Shown here piece by piece: positions 40,044 to 49,830 of a stretch of 64,000 nt of DNA (the first letter of the stretch is position 1; each line of letters starts with the position of its first letter). The DNA comes from Nitrosopumilus sp. (GTDB lineage: Archaea > Thermoproteota > Nitrososphaeria > Nitrososphaerales > Nitrosopumilaceae). The stretch is from positions 640,001 through 704,000 of the forward strand of contig OZ245003.1 of NCBI GenBank assembly GCA_965223425.1. Direction: 5' to 3'. The notes under the pieces are model-generated. The model was not told the DNA's origin and made no database searches. It saw nothing but the letters and a program-made list of their open reading frames with translations. Position numbers and translations under genes: made by a program.

Positions 40044-40954
40044 AACTTAAAACAAAAGATTTACTCACTTTAGCGGAATTAACCCCAAAGGAATTTGCAA
40101 ACTTGATAGATTATTCTATTAAACTAAAAAAGGAATTTCGAAAAAGTGGAAACAAGCCTATTTTAAAAAATAAAACATTAACCATGATTTTTCAAAAACC
40201 CTCTACTCGAACACGCGTTAGTTTTGAAATTGGAATGTATCAACTAGGAGGCTATGCAGTTAGTTTGTCTTCTAATGATATGCAACTGTCACGTGGTGAA
40301 TCTGTAGAGGATACGGCAAAAACCCTTTCGCGATATACTGATTGTATTATGGCACGTGTTTATGAACATGAATTGCTAGAAAAACTCTCTAAACATGCAA
40401 GCGTACCTGTGATTAACGGATTATCTGATACCTTTCATCCTTGCCAAATTTTGGCAGACTTTATGACAATTAAAGAAAAGAAAGGCAAGCTCAAAGGATT
40501 AAAGATTGCGTGGATAGGCGATGGAAATAACGTATGTAATTCCATGATTTATGGTGCTGCACTATCTGGAATTAAAATGTCGATTGCCACCCCAAAGGGA
40601 TTTGAACCTGATAAAATGACGGTTAAAGAATCAAAGAAATCAACTGATGTTGAATTGACTACTGATCCGTTTATTGCAACTAAAAATGCTGATGTAGTTG
40701 TTACTGACACTCATTCTTCAATTCATAACAACGATAAACAAAGAATCAAAAAATTCATTCCAAAATACCAAGTCAATTCCAAATTAATGAATAGTGCAAA
40801 GAGCAGTGCGATCTTTATGCACTGTCTCCCTGCCAAGAGAAAACAAGAAGTAACATCATCTGTAATCGATGGTTCTAAATCAGTTGTTTGGGATGAAGCA
40901 GAAAATCGTCTCCATACTCAAAAAGCATTACTTGCTGCTCTGATTCGCGCTTAA
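40040..40954 (+). CDS. argF: Ornithine carbamoyltransferase
   Basis: STRTR, HPCQ, MHCLP. Confidence 0.96.
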   Translation: MKLKTKDLLTLAELTPKEFANLIDYSIKLKKEFRKSGNKPILKNKTLTMIFQKPSTRTRVSFEIGMYQLGGYAVSLSSNDMQLSRGESVEDTAKTLSRYTDCIMARVYEHELLEKLSKHASVPVINGLSDTFHPCQILADFMTIKEKKGKLKGLKIAWIGDGNNVCNSMIYGAALSGIKMSIATPKGFEPDKMTVKESKKSTDVELTTDPFIATKNADVVVTDTHSSIHNNDKQRIKKFIPKYQVNSKLMNSAKSSAIFMHCLPAKRKQEVTSSVIDGSKSVVWDEAENRLHTQKALLAALIRA

Positions 40955-40990
40955 CGTATATAAGAGCAGATTCAAACTCGGTTTCTATAG

Positions 40991-41473
40991 ATGGCTTATT
41001 CGAAAATATTGAGAAGGCTCAGAGAGGAAAAGACCAATTATAAAAAACGTGGAACCATGTTGATGGGAAAACGAGATTTTATCACTGTAAATATTTCTAA
41101 TGAAAATACTCTAGTCCAAATTCTCAAACCTGGCATGTCTGGAGACAAAGTTGTAGCCTCTGCCCATTCTAGATATCTTCTCGAAAAAGGATGGAAAGGT
41201 TCTAGAAAGAGCATTCCTGCAGCATATCTTACAGGATACTTGGCAGGTAAGAAAGCACTTGGTCAAGGCGCAAAGGATGCTATTCTTTATACCGGTACTA
41301 AAAAATATACACAAAGAATGGCTGCCGCACTAAAAGGAGTCATCGATGCTGGTGTTCAAGTACCAGCTAGTGAAGAAACATTTCCATCTGATGATAGAAT
41401 TAATGGAGAATACCTTACTGTTAAAAATGAAATTTCACAAATAAAATCTGGTATTGATAGCGAGGCTAAGTAG
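40991..41473 (+). CDS. rpl18: 50S ribosomal protein L18
   Basis: RREEKTNY-like N-terminus, AAYLTG. Confidence 0.93.
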   Translation: MAYSKILRRLREEKTNYKKRGTMLMGKRDFITVNISNENTLVQILKPGMSGDKVVASAHSRYLLEKGWKGSRKSIPAAYLTGYLAGKKALGQGAKDAILYTGTKKYTQRMAAALKGVIDAGVQVPASEETFPSDDRINGEYLTVKNEISQIKSGIDSEAK

Positions 41474-41475
41474 AA

Positions 41476-42186
41476 ATGAGTCAGACAACACAGTCTAGTC
41501 CACGAGGACGAGCAACTCCGACATATGGACGAGGTCCACCAGGACAATCTAAAGGAGGAAATGATCGTCCTAGAAGACCAAAACGAGAACCAGAACCGGA
41601 AGTCTGGATCCCAAAAACTATCTTGGGACAGAAAGTTTCATCAGGCGAAATTTCTTCTCTCGAGGAGATTATCGAGTCAGGATTAAGGATTCAGGAGGCA
41701 GGGATTATTAAAAAACTACTTCCAGATTTAAAAAGCGAAGTTGTTGATGTGGGGATTATTCAAAAAATGACTTCCAATGGCCAATCTACTAGGTTTAAAG
41801 CAATAGTTGCAGCTGGGAATGAAAACGGTTACTTGGGAATTGGTCAAGGAAAATCTAAACAGATGAGAATAGCTATTGAAAAAGCAACAAACCAGGCTTT
41901 TCTAAACGTCAACCCAATCAAACTAGGATGTGGTAGTTGGGAATGTAGATGTGATCAAAAACATTCCATTCCATTCAAGGTTAGAGGAAAAGGCGGAAGT
42001 GTTACAATTGAAATTATTCCAGCGCCTCGTGGACTTGGTTTAGTTGCTGGTGGTAAAATTAAACGATTATTGGAATTAGCAGGTCTTAAAGATGCATGGA
42101 CCACTGCAAAAGGTTCTACTCCTACAATGAATTCAACTTCAAAAGCTATCCTGGGTTGTCTTAGACAGACGTTTAGTCAGGGTTGA
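41476..42186 (+). CDS. rps5: 30S ribosomal protein S5
   Basis: WIPKT.LG, GCGSWEC, PAPRGLGL. Confidence 0.96.
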   Translation: MSQTTQSSPRGRATPTYGRGPPGQSKGGNDRPRRPKREPEPEVWIPKTILGQKVSSGEISSLEEIIESGLRIQEAGIIKKLLPDLKSEVVDVGIIQKMTSNGQSTRFKAIVAAGNENGYLGIGQGKSKQMRIAIEKATNQAFLNVNPIKLGCGSWECRCDQKHSIPFKVRGKGGSVTIEIIPAPRGLGLVAGGKIKRLLELAGLKDAWTTAKGSTPTMNSTSKAILGCLRQTFSQG

Positions 42187-42192
42187 TAAAAG

Positions 42193-42660
42193 ATGGCAAA
42201 CGCGTTTCTAGTAGTTAGAATCAAAGGTCAAGCCGATGTTCCTTATTGGGCAACCCATACTATGACTTTGTTAAAATTGGATAAAAAATACCGTGCCACA
42301 ATTTTACCTGCTAAAGAGAATACTTTGGGAATGCTAAAAAAAGTACAACACTATGTGTCTTGGATTGAACTTGATAGTACTCTGGCAAAAGAATTGATTG
42401 ACAAGAAAGCAAGAAAATCAGGCTATCAAAAAATAACTGCTGATGATTTGAAAGAACTTGGATTTGCAAGTTCTGATGAATTGGCAGCAGCATTAACTGA
42501 AGGCAAAGCCACTCTATCTAAATTAAAACCTCTAAAACCTTGGTTTGCTTTAGCACCTCCAAAACATGGATTCAAAAGAAGCACCAAGAAACTATATGGA
42601 CAAAAAGGTGTCCTTGGACAAAACAAAGAACTTGGTGATATGGTAAGGAGAATGATCTAA
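42193..42660 (+). CDS. rpl30: 50S ribosomal protein L30
   Basis: VVRIKG, GMLKKV, F.L.PP..G. Confidence 0.94.
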   Translation: MANAFLVVRIKGQADVPYWATHTMTLLKLDKKYRATILPAKENTLGMLKKVQHYVSWIELDSTLAKELIDKKARKSGYQKITADDLKELGFASSDELAAALTEGKATLSKLKPLKPWFALAPPKHGFKRSTKKLYGQKGVLGQNKELGDMVRRMI

Positions 42661-42661
42661 C

Positions 42662-43087
42662 ATGGCAACAAGATTAAGAAAGACCAGAAGACTTCGAGGA
42701 GGAAGACATATGGGATGGGGACAAGTAGGCCAGCATCGCGCAAGCGGGCATAAAGGCGGTCTTGGAATTACCGGTATGATGAAACACCACTATAGTACTC
42801 TGCTAAAAGAAGACCCGGATCATTATGGTCATGATAATCCTAAACCACCTTACCCAAATATTACAAAGAAATGGACTAGCGTCCGAGATCTAGATGACTT
42901 GTTCACCAAGTTCGGTAAAGAAGAGGGAGGGAAAAAAATCGTAGACCTTGAAAATGCGGGATACGAAAAACTCCTTGGCGGCGGAAAACTAACTAACGCT
43001 TATTCCGTCAAAGTACAACAATTTACTGCGTCTGCAGAAGAAAAACTAAAAGCTGTTGGGGGCGAGGTGCTGTCTGATAATGGCTGA
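42662..43087 (+). CDS. rpl15: 50S ribosomal protein L15
   Basis: RGGRHMGWG...HR.SG..GG.G, KLLGGG. Confidence 0.95.
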   Translation: MATRLRKTRRLRGGRHMGWGQVGQHRASGHKGGLGITGMMKHHYSTLLKEDPDHYGHDNPKPPYPNITKKWTSVRDLDDLFTKFGKEEGGKKIVDLENAGYEKLLGGGKLTNAYSVKVQQFTASAEEKLKAVGGEVLSDNG

Positions 43088-44510
43088 AGGTAGCGTAACT
43101 ACTATTATTCGAAAAATTGTTTTCAGAGTAGAACCATATCTTCCCCAAGTACCAAAACCAAAAAAGAAAATCCCTCTTCAAACACGACTATTGTGGTGTG
43201 GGGTTGCATTACTCATCTACATGGTTATGGGTCAGACTCCTTTGTTTGGAGCAACTACACCGGAATTTGATTTTCTGGCATTTGCTAGAGTTATTTTTGC
43301 ATCGCAGCAAGGTACCCTTGTTGAGCTAGGAATTGGACCGATAGTTACATCTGGACTCTTGATGCAATTATTGAGAGGTTCAGATATTCTCAAATTTGAT
43401 TTCAAAAAACCTGAGGAAAGAGGAATATTTCAGACAGCAACTAAATTGGTAACGTATGTTGTCATTGTAGCTGAATCTATTGTGTATGGTGTCGCAGTTT
43501 ATGGTCCGAGTGTTTCTGATCCAAACATTTTGTATATTATGGTGGGTCAGCTGATGGCCGCATCAATAATTATCATGTTCCTAGATGAATTGATTCAGAA
43601 AGGTTGGGGTGTAGGTAGTGGAATTAGCTTATTCATTATGGCAGGTGTTGCCCAACAGATTCTCTGGAGCTTGTTTAGCCCGTTACCTGCAGGTGATGGA
43701 GGAACAATCGGCATTATACCATATATCGGTCAATCCATGCTGAATGGTGACGTTTCAAACATCCTGTTCCGTTCAAATCAACTCCCGAGCATCTTTGGAT
43801 TGTGTCTTACTGCAGGAATACTGTTGATACTTGTATTTACACAAGGTATGAAAATTGAGATTCCTATCGTCTCAACAAAATACAGAGGTTTCTCTGCTGT
43901 TTATCCCATCAAAATGATGTATGTCTCTAACATTCCTGTAATCTTGGCCTCTGCTCTTACTGCAAACGCAGTTTTCGTCTTCCAAATGTTGTGGGCAAAC
44001 ATGAACCCGCGTAACAATAATTTCTTTATGAATTTTATAGCGCAGTTTGACCCGACAAGTCCTTCTACTCCTATAGGTGGCATGATCTATTACATCACTC
44101 CTCCAAGAGGTCTAGACGTTGTAGCTTTAGATCCCATGCGTGCTGTAGGATATGTTTTATTCATGATTGGAATCGTAGTTGTGTTTGGTAAACTATGGGT
44201 AGAGCTTGGAGGCTTGTCGCCAAAGAGTGCGGCTCAGAACTTGCTTGATGCCGACGTTCAAATCCCTGGATTTAGAAGATCAAACAAGCCCGTTGAAGCA
44301 CTACTAAACAAGTACATTCCGTCAGTAACCATTATTGGCTCTATGATTTTGGGTCTGTTGGCTGGCGTATCTGATGTTCTTGGTGTATTTGGCTCTGGAA
44401 TAGGAGTTTTACTCATGGTAGATATTCTCATAAACTATTATACGCAGCTAGTCCGAGAACAAGTAGAAGTCGTTATGCCGCGTTTGGGTGCTTTGCTTGG
44501 TCGAAAATAA
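43080..44510 (+). CDS. secY: Preprotein translocase SecY
   Basis: ELGIGPIVT, GSGISLFI, YVSNIPVI, QIPGFR. Confidence 0.97.
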   Translation: MAEGSVTTIIRKIVFRVEPYLPQVPKPKKKIPLQTRLLWCGVALLIYMVMGQTPLFGATTPEFDFLAFARVIFASQQGTLVELGIGPIVTSGLLMQLLRGSDILKFDFKKPEERGIFQTATKLVTYVVIVAESIVYGVAVYGPSVSDPNILYIMVGQLMAASIIIMFLDELIQKGWGVGSGISLFIMAGVAQQILWSLFSPLPAGDGGTIGIIPYIGQSMLNGDVSNILFRSNQLPSIFGLCLTAGILLILVFTQGMKIEIPIVSTKYRGFSAVYPIKMMYVSNIPVILASALTANAVFVFQMLWANMNPRNNNFFMNFIAQFDPTSPSTPIGGMIYYITPPRGLDVVALDPMRAVGYVLFMIGIVVVFGKLWVELGGLSPKSAAQNLLDADVQIPGFRRSNKPVEALLNKYIPSVTIIGSMILGLLAGVSDVLGVFGSGIGVLLMVDILINYYTQLVREQVEVVMPRLGALLGRK

Positions 44511-45075
44511 GAAAGTTGTGATGGTAGGGATACCAGGTGTTGGGAAAACCACTTTGCTAAAAAAAATAGTTGAAATCATAAAAAACCGTGATAAGAGCGT
44601 TAGAGTGATTGGTTTTGGAACTCTGATGTTTGATGTTGCTAAGAAAAATGATCTTAGCAATAGAGATGAACTTAGAAAGCTACCTGTAGTTGAACAACAA
44701 AACCTTCAAAAAATCGCTGCAGAACAAATTGCTGAACATACTGAGCAAGTTGTAATTGTTGATACTCATGCATTTATCAATTCTCCAGAGGGATACTATC
44801 CCGGTTTACCAGAACATGTTTTAAAAATTATAAAACCTACAAATTTTGTTTCTGTTTCTGCAAAACCTGAAGAAATCTACAACAGAAGAATGAAAGATGA
44901 CACCCGAAATAGAGATAAAATTACTCTTGCTAACATTAAGAAAGAATTAGACATTCAATCCGGCATGATCTCAGCATGTGCAGTGATTTCTGGCTCTCCA
45001 GTTAAACACGTGCTGAATGGTGAGGGAAAGATTGATGAGGCAACAGATAAAATAGTCAACGCTATAGGACTGTAA
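44488..45075 (+). CDS. adkA: Adenylate kinase (archaeal type)
   Basis: GIPGVGKTT, IVDTH, GYYPGLP. Confidence 0.94.
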   Translation: MLCLVENKKVVMVGIPGVGKTTLLKKIVEIIKNRDKSVRVIGFGTLMFDVAKKNDLSNRDELRKLPVVEQQNLQKIAAEQIAEHTEQVVIVDTHAFINSPEGYYPGLPEHVLKIIKPTNFVSVSAKPEEIYNRRMKDDTRNRDKITLANIKKELDIQSGMISACAVISGSPVKHVLNGEGKIDEATDKIVNAIGL

Positions 45076-45078
45076 AAC

Positions 45079-45699
45079 ATGGATTTCAACTTTATTTTAT
45101 TATTCATCGAATCAATTCCCCTTCAATTTGATTTCTTTGGAGGAGAAAGAGGCGCACTTGGAAGCGATGACCCAATAATCAAAGGTTTGATTCTTTCACT
45201 GTTTGCCGTATCTGGATTTGGAGTCTTGCTCAATATTTTCAATGCTGCAGTTAGAAAGAAAATGGTTGATCAAACAAAACTAACACGAATTATGAAAGAA
45301 ACACGTGCATGGCAAAAAGAGAGAATGTCTGCCATGAGATCTAAAGATCAAGCAAAAATTAATGAGCTGGGCAAAAAATCATCCTACATGAACAAAATGT
45401 CTATGGAAATGATGCAGATGAATATGAGACCTATGATGATTACTTTTGTACCATTGATTTTGATATTTTATCTTGTGTTGCCACAATTATTTTCTTACAC
45501 TGTAGCCTTGTCTCCAATCCCATTAAACGTAATTCCCGGGGAATTCTTCCAATTAACATGTACCGCAGAACAAGCAGCCGATGCAGATCATGTTTGTACA
45601 GAAGAAAATGCAATATACCTCTGGGCCTGGTATTTCCTATCTTCTATTGCTTTTAGTGGAATTATCATGAAACTAACAAAAACAACAATGGGCACTTGA
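45079..45699 (+). CDS. EMC3/TMCO1 (DUF106) family membrane protein
   Basis: TM-coiled coil-TM layout, MRPMMIT, WYFL.S; conserved position after adk. Confidence 0.88.
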   Translation: MDFNFILLFIESIPLQFDFFGGERGALGSDDPIIKGLILSLFAVSGFGVLLNIFNAAVRKKMVDQTKLTRIMKETRAWQKERMSAMRSKDQAKINELGKKSSYMNKMSMEMMQMNMRPMMITFVPLILIFYLVLPQLFSYTVALSPIPLNVIPGEFFQLTCTAEQAADADHVCTEENAIYLWAWYFLSSIAFSGIIMKLTKTTMGT

Positions 45700-46256
45700 C
45701 CAAATCCATTGTTATTTCTGGTCCTCCTGCAGTAGGAAAAACAACTGTTGCTAAAGGATTAGCAGAAGAGTTTCAGTTAAAATATCTTAGTGGAGGCGAT
45801 GTACTGAAACAAATGGCAAAAGAACAAGGCTTTGATTCTGATGGCGATGATTGGTGGGATACTGAGGATGGAATGAAGTTTCTTAGTCAACGTGAACAAA
45901 ATTCTGAATTTGACAAAAAATTAGATGAAAGGCTGACTGAATTGTTCAATCAGGGTGGAATGGTTATCACAAGCTACACTTTGCCATGGCTGGTCAAAGA
46001 CGGCATCAAAATTTGGTTGGAAGGATCCCATACAAGCAGCACTGAAAGAATGCAATCTAGGGATAATATGAGTCCTGAAGAAGCCTATGAGATTACCAAA
46101 GAACGGTTTGATAAGAACAAAGCGTTATACAAAAAATTGTACAACTTTGATTTTGGTGATGACAAGTCTGTATTTGATTTGATAGTCAATACTGATAATC
46201 TTGCCGCACAACAAGTAATCGATGTTACAAAAGAAACGGTGAGAAAACTACTGTGA
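45696..46256 (+). CDS. cmk: Cytidylate kinase
   Basis: ISGPPAVGKTT, archaeal CMK layout. Confidence 0.9.
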   Translation: MTKSIVISGPPAVGKTTVAKGLAEEFQLKYLSGGDVLKQMAKEQGFDSDGDDWWDTEDGMKFLSQREQNSEFDKKLDERLTELFNQGGMVITSYTLPWLVKDGIKIWLEGSHTSSTERMQSRDNMSPEEAYEITKERFDKNKALYKKLYNFDFGDDKSVFDLIVNTDNLAAQQVIDVTKETVRKLL

Positions 46257-47254
46257 CTCTCAAACAACTTGAAAATCTCATTGAAATTGATCAGGATGTT
46301 ACAGATGATACTTTTGGAACATATTATGATAAAAGAACAGTTGAACAACTACTAAGTTATGGAATTATCTTATTGGACAAACCGCCTGGTCCTACCAGCC
46401 ATGAAACTGTAGCTTGGACAAAACGTATTTTGAAACTTCCAAAGATTGGTCATAGTGGAACACTTGATCCTCAGGTTTCGGGAGTTTTGCCATTGGGTCT
46501 TGGAGAAGCCACGAAAGCATTGGGAGTTTTACTTTTTGGTCCAAAAGAATACCATGCTTTAGGACGAGTTCATTCACTTCCATCTAAAGAAAAATTGGAA
46601 CAAACAATTGATTTGTTTAGGGGGGAGATTTTCCAAAAACCCCCTCAACGCTCAGCTGTTGTAAGACAGACTAGAACAAGAACCATCTATGAGTTTGAAG
46701 TTTTAGAACAAAAGGAACGGCTACTACTAACTCGAGTTTTGTGCGAAGCTGGAACCTATATTAGAAAATTATATTATGATTTGGGAGAAATCCTTGGACC
46801 TGGCGCTACAATGATAGAACTAAGGCGAACCAGAGTGGATCAATTTTATGAAACTGATGGCCTGGTGACTCTTCACGAACTTGCAAATGCATTTGCAGTA
46901 TGGGAAGAAAAAAAAGATGACAGTAAACTAATGAAGATTATCAAACCTGTTGAGTATGCATTAAGCGAATTAAAATCCGTAATAATCCGTGATTCGGCAG
47001 TAGATGCCATGTGTCATGGTGCACAATTAGCAATTCCTGGCATTTTACAAATTTCTCCAAATCTAAAGAAAGGAGATGTTGTTGGAATTTATACGCAGAA
47101 AGGAGAAGCGGTTGCTTTAGCTGAGTCAAAAATGTCCGAAGAAGAAATTCGTGATGCAACTAAGGGCTATGCATTTGAAACAAAAAGAATCATCATGGCT
47201 CCAAACACCTATCCAAAAAAATGGAGAACAAAACCTACTCCACCAAAGGATTAA
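46253..47254 (+). CDS. cbf5: H/ACA pseudouridine synthase Cbf5
   Basis: DKPPGPTSHE, GHSGTLDP, CEAGTYIR, PUA domain. Confidence 0.96.
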   Translation: MTLKQLENLIEIDQDVTDDTFGTYYDKRTVEQLLSYGIILLDKPPGPTSHETVAWTKRILKLPKIGHSGTLDPQVSGVLPLGLGEATKALGVLLFGPKEYHALGRVHSLPSKEKLEQTIDLFRGEIFQKPPQRSAVVRQTRTRTIYEFEVLEQKERLLLTRVLCEAGTYIRKLYYDLGEILGPGATMIELRRTRVDQFYETDGLVTLHELANAFAVWEEKKDDSKLMKIIKPVEYALSELKSVIIRDSAVDAMCHGAQLAIPGILQISPNLKKGDVVGIYTQKGEAVALAESKMSEEEIRDATKGYAFETKRIIMAPNTYPKKWRTKPTPPKD

Positions 47255-47727
47255 AAAATCAAGAAACCATCTTAAAAGAATTGTTAGCAAAAAGTCTTGT
47301 AATTTTCATTGGCGTTGGTTTGATTTCAGGCCTTGCCTTTGGTGTTTATTTAATTGATGTAAAAACAACGAATCAATTGATCTTCGTTGATGGACTTTCA
47401 ATTTCTATAGTTACAGAAAAATTTGATTTTAAACAAGGTGAAGAGATAAAAATCCGAATTGTAAATTCTGGAACTTCCCCATTGATTTTTCCTGATACAT
47501 CATACGGCCTTAAAATTACTGGTCTGTCTGGAATATTGATTTACTCCCCAACTGCAGCACAAGTAATTTCTCATCTTGAACCTAACGATGAGATAGCATT
47601 CTCATGGGATCAAGTAAAAAATGATGGTGATGCGGCATTGGAGGGTCTCTACAAAATATCTGCAAAAGGTGCAGACAAACTAGGAAATTCCGTAGAAAGA
47701 TCAACTACTGTGACAATTTGGAAGTAG
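47221..47727 (+). CDS. Hypothetical membrane-anchored protein (start uncertain)
   Basis: N-terminal TM segment followed by a beta-rich domain (FSWDQ...G.Y.I). Confidence 0.7.
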   Translation: MENKTYSTKGLKNQETILKELLAKSLVIFIGVGLISGLAFGVYLIDVKTTNQLIFVDGLSISIVTEKFDFKQGEEIKIRIVNSGTSPLIFPDTSYGLKITGLSGILIYSPTAAQVISHLEPNDEIAFSWDQVKNDGDAALEGLYKISAKGADKLGNSVERSTTVTIWK

Positions 47728-47794
47728 TTTTTCAATTTTCAAGTAACATGATATATAATGAAATCTCGCCGAATAATTTTGTCGTAAGACTCGT

Positions 47795-47895
47795 GCCGGG
47801 GTCGCCTAGCCTGGTAGGGCGCGCGCCTGGAAATAGTTTACCATAAAGCGCGTTCTCGCAAGGGAACGGGAGTTCAAATCTCCCTCCCGGCGCCA
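47795..47895 (+). tRNA. tRNA-Ser(GGA) with a 14-nt intron at 37/38 (47833-47846)
   Basis: Acceptor GCCGGGG/TCCCGGC-G-CCA, anticodon stem CGCGC/GCGCG, long variable arm ttctcgcaagggaa, T-loop GTTCAAATC. Confidence 0.93.
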
Positions 47896-48396
47896 TTCTT
47901 GTTTTTCACGTCTTGCCTTTTTGTGCCTTTTATACAAACGGAGTTTTGGATAATATGGCAGATATTCACAAAGCAAAACAAAGAGCAGAATGGTTCAAAG
48001 CAAGTATAACTGAGAGATTTTCCGAATCCGATGCTGCAAGTCTGAAAATTTTTAACTAGACTCAGACTGGAAAACAAATCCTGTGGCAGAATAGCGAATT
48101 ATGCAGATGCAATAATTAGAATTCTAAAGATCAAAGATGATAAATCCATTCAAAACTGGTCACGAAATGACCTTGAAATCATCCATCAAGTATAGTGCCA
48201 ACTAAAAGTTTCTTACCGCTAAACAAAATTTAGCCGTCATGTCTTTGGATCACCGCGAAGGCAGAGACATTATAACTCCCCATAATTTCTTTGCAAATCA
48301 TGTATGGAGCCTAGAATCTAAAAGAATTCTTACAAAATCATGAAACGAAAAAAAGATCGATTCAAAGGAATCCAAATTATGTTCGAGTCCTTAGTT

Positions 48397-49137
48397 TCAA
48401 ACAAAGTATTTCTCTATATCTTCATACCTCATACTCAAATCTTCTAAAATCTTTGGGTAATCTGTCTTGTATTTTACAAGAAATTTTTCTATATATTGCT
48501 GCACGTTTGTTTCTACTAGAAACTGCTTCAACAGATGCTTATCCAAATCTTCTAATGAAATCAATATTGCTATATCGTGATAATCCTTCCAAATTTTAGA
48601 TGGGATTTTTCCATCCCCTGTTTTATCAAATTTAGATGCTCGTTCTAATGATGCTATTACCTTCAAAAGTATTAGTAATTCACGCCTAGGAACGTATAAT
48701 GAAAACCCTCCGATTTGCTTTAATTCTTGATATTCAATTACTTTTCCCCAATGGAATTTAATCCCAAATCCCTCTTCATCTTCTTTTGAAAATTTCCCAA
48801 TAAACACATCAACAATGACTTCTTCTGATCTTCCTTTACCATCCTCGATATCTTTTACATAGTACTTGGGATTGAAGTGTTTGTCTTTTTTTACATAATA
48901 TCCATTAGCAGGAAAATACTCTGTTAGCAATATATCGTTTAGATCCTTATCTGTTGGCATTACAACATCTATATCTCTTGAGCCTAGTGCTTGTTTGTAT
49001 GCATAAACTGCCCATCCTCCGATTATTATGGGGTATATGCCTTTTTTCTCATTCATCCATTTCAGAAATTTCTTTAATTCATCAAAACTTACATCTGTAA
49101 ATTCTTTATCATAATCATCATAACTCATTGATGCCAT
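48397..49137 (-). CDS. Nucleotidyltransferase, AbiEii-like type IV toxin
   Basis: IIIGGWAV...SRDIDV, LLILLK, KDYHDI. Confidence 0.75.
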   Translation of the reverse strand: MASMSYDDYDKEFTDVSFDELKKFLKWMNEKKGIYPIIIGGWAVYAYKQALGSRDIDVVMPTDKDLNDILLTEYFPANGYYVKKDKHFNPKYYVKDIEDGKGRSEEVIVDVFIGKFSKEDEEGFGIKFHWGKVIEYQELKQIGGFSLYVPRRELLILLKVIASLERASKFDKTGDGKIPSKIWKDYHDIAILISLEDLDKHLLKQFLVETNVQQYIEKFLVKYKTDYPKILEDLSMRYEDIEKYFV

Positions 49138-49721
49138 ATCCGTGAAATTAGACGTTCTGCCAAGTATGCCATATTATTACAATAAAGATCCATGATTGTT
49201 CTAGTTGGTGAGGTGATACGAATATCATTTTCTTTTCTAGAGTCATCTGGGTACTTGTACCAGTATAGATGCACTTTTACTTCTCCTTCTGAGGATTGTA
49301 CCTCTTCTAATAATGACGGATCTTCTACATATGCATGTAATTCCGGATCTCTTGAATAATTATCATAGAATCCTAATGCACTAGTCAGGCACATTATTGC
49401 CCCATTTTTACTTAGATGTTTTATTGTAAAATCTGGATCAGGACCTACGGTGTAAGTACCTATCTTCTCATTCTGCATGTCTCTAAATCGATTATAGAAA
49501 GTCAATAATGCTTGTCTGGATGGTACTTGATAGATTGCTCCTCCTTTTGGATCTATTGTTTTTCTAACAAATTTGAAATTTTCAAGCCATCTTACAAAAT
49601 TGCTGATTCTTGCCCCATGTTTGATATCGATATCTCTTGACATCTTCCTTTGTGTAAATTCAGGATTTTCTAGCATGTATCTTAGTTGCATGTTTTCTTC
49701 TTTTGTTTTGAATTCTGTCAT
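49125..49721 (-). CDS. wHTH protein, AbiEi-like antitoxin
   Basis: N-terminal HTH (FTQRKMSR), C-terminal ITSPTRTIMDLY; overlaps the toxin start. Confidence 0.7.
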   Translation of the reverse strand: MTEFKTKEENMQLRYMLENPEFTQRKMSRDIDIKHGARISNFVRWLENFKFVRKTIDPKGGAIYQVPSRQALLTFYNRFRDMQNEKIGTYTVGPDPDFTIKHLSKNGAIMCLTSALGFYDNYSRDPELHAYVEDPSLLEEVQSSEGEVKVHLYWYKYPDDSRKENDIRITSPTRTIMDLYCNNMAYLAERLISRIWHQ

Positions 49722-49739
49722 CCTTGATCATACTCCAGT

Positions 49740-49778
49740 CAGATCAGAGATCTTAACGTACACAGATCACTGATCTTA
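49740..49778. promoter_or_regulatory. Two AGATCA-n-TGATCT palindromic operators 23 bp apart
   Basis: cagatcagagatctta 49740-49755 and cagatcactgatctta 49763-49778, upstream of the AbiEi-like gene. Confidence 0.6.
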
Positions 49779-49830
49779 CTATACCTTGATTATGGATGTA
49801 TAATGATAAAAACATATCTCTTCTGGGTTC

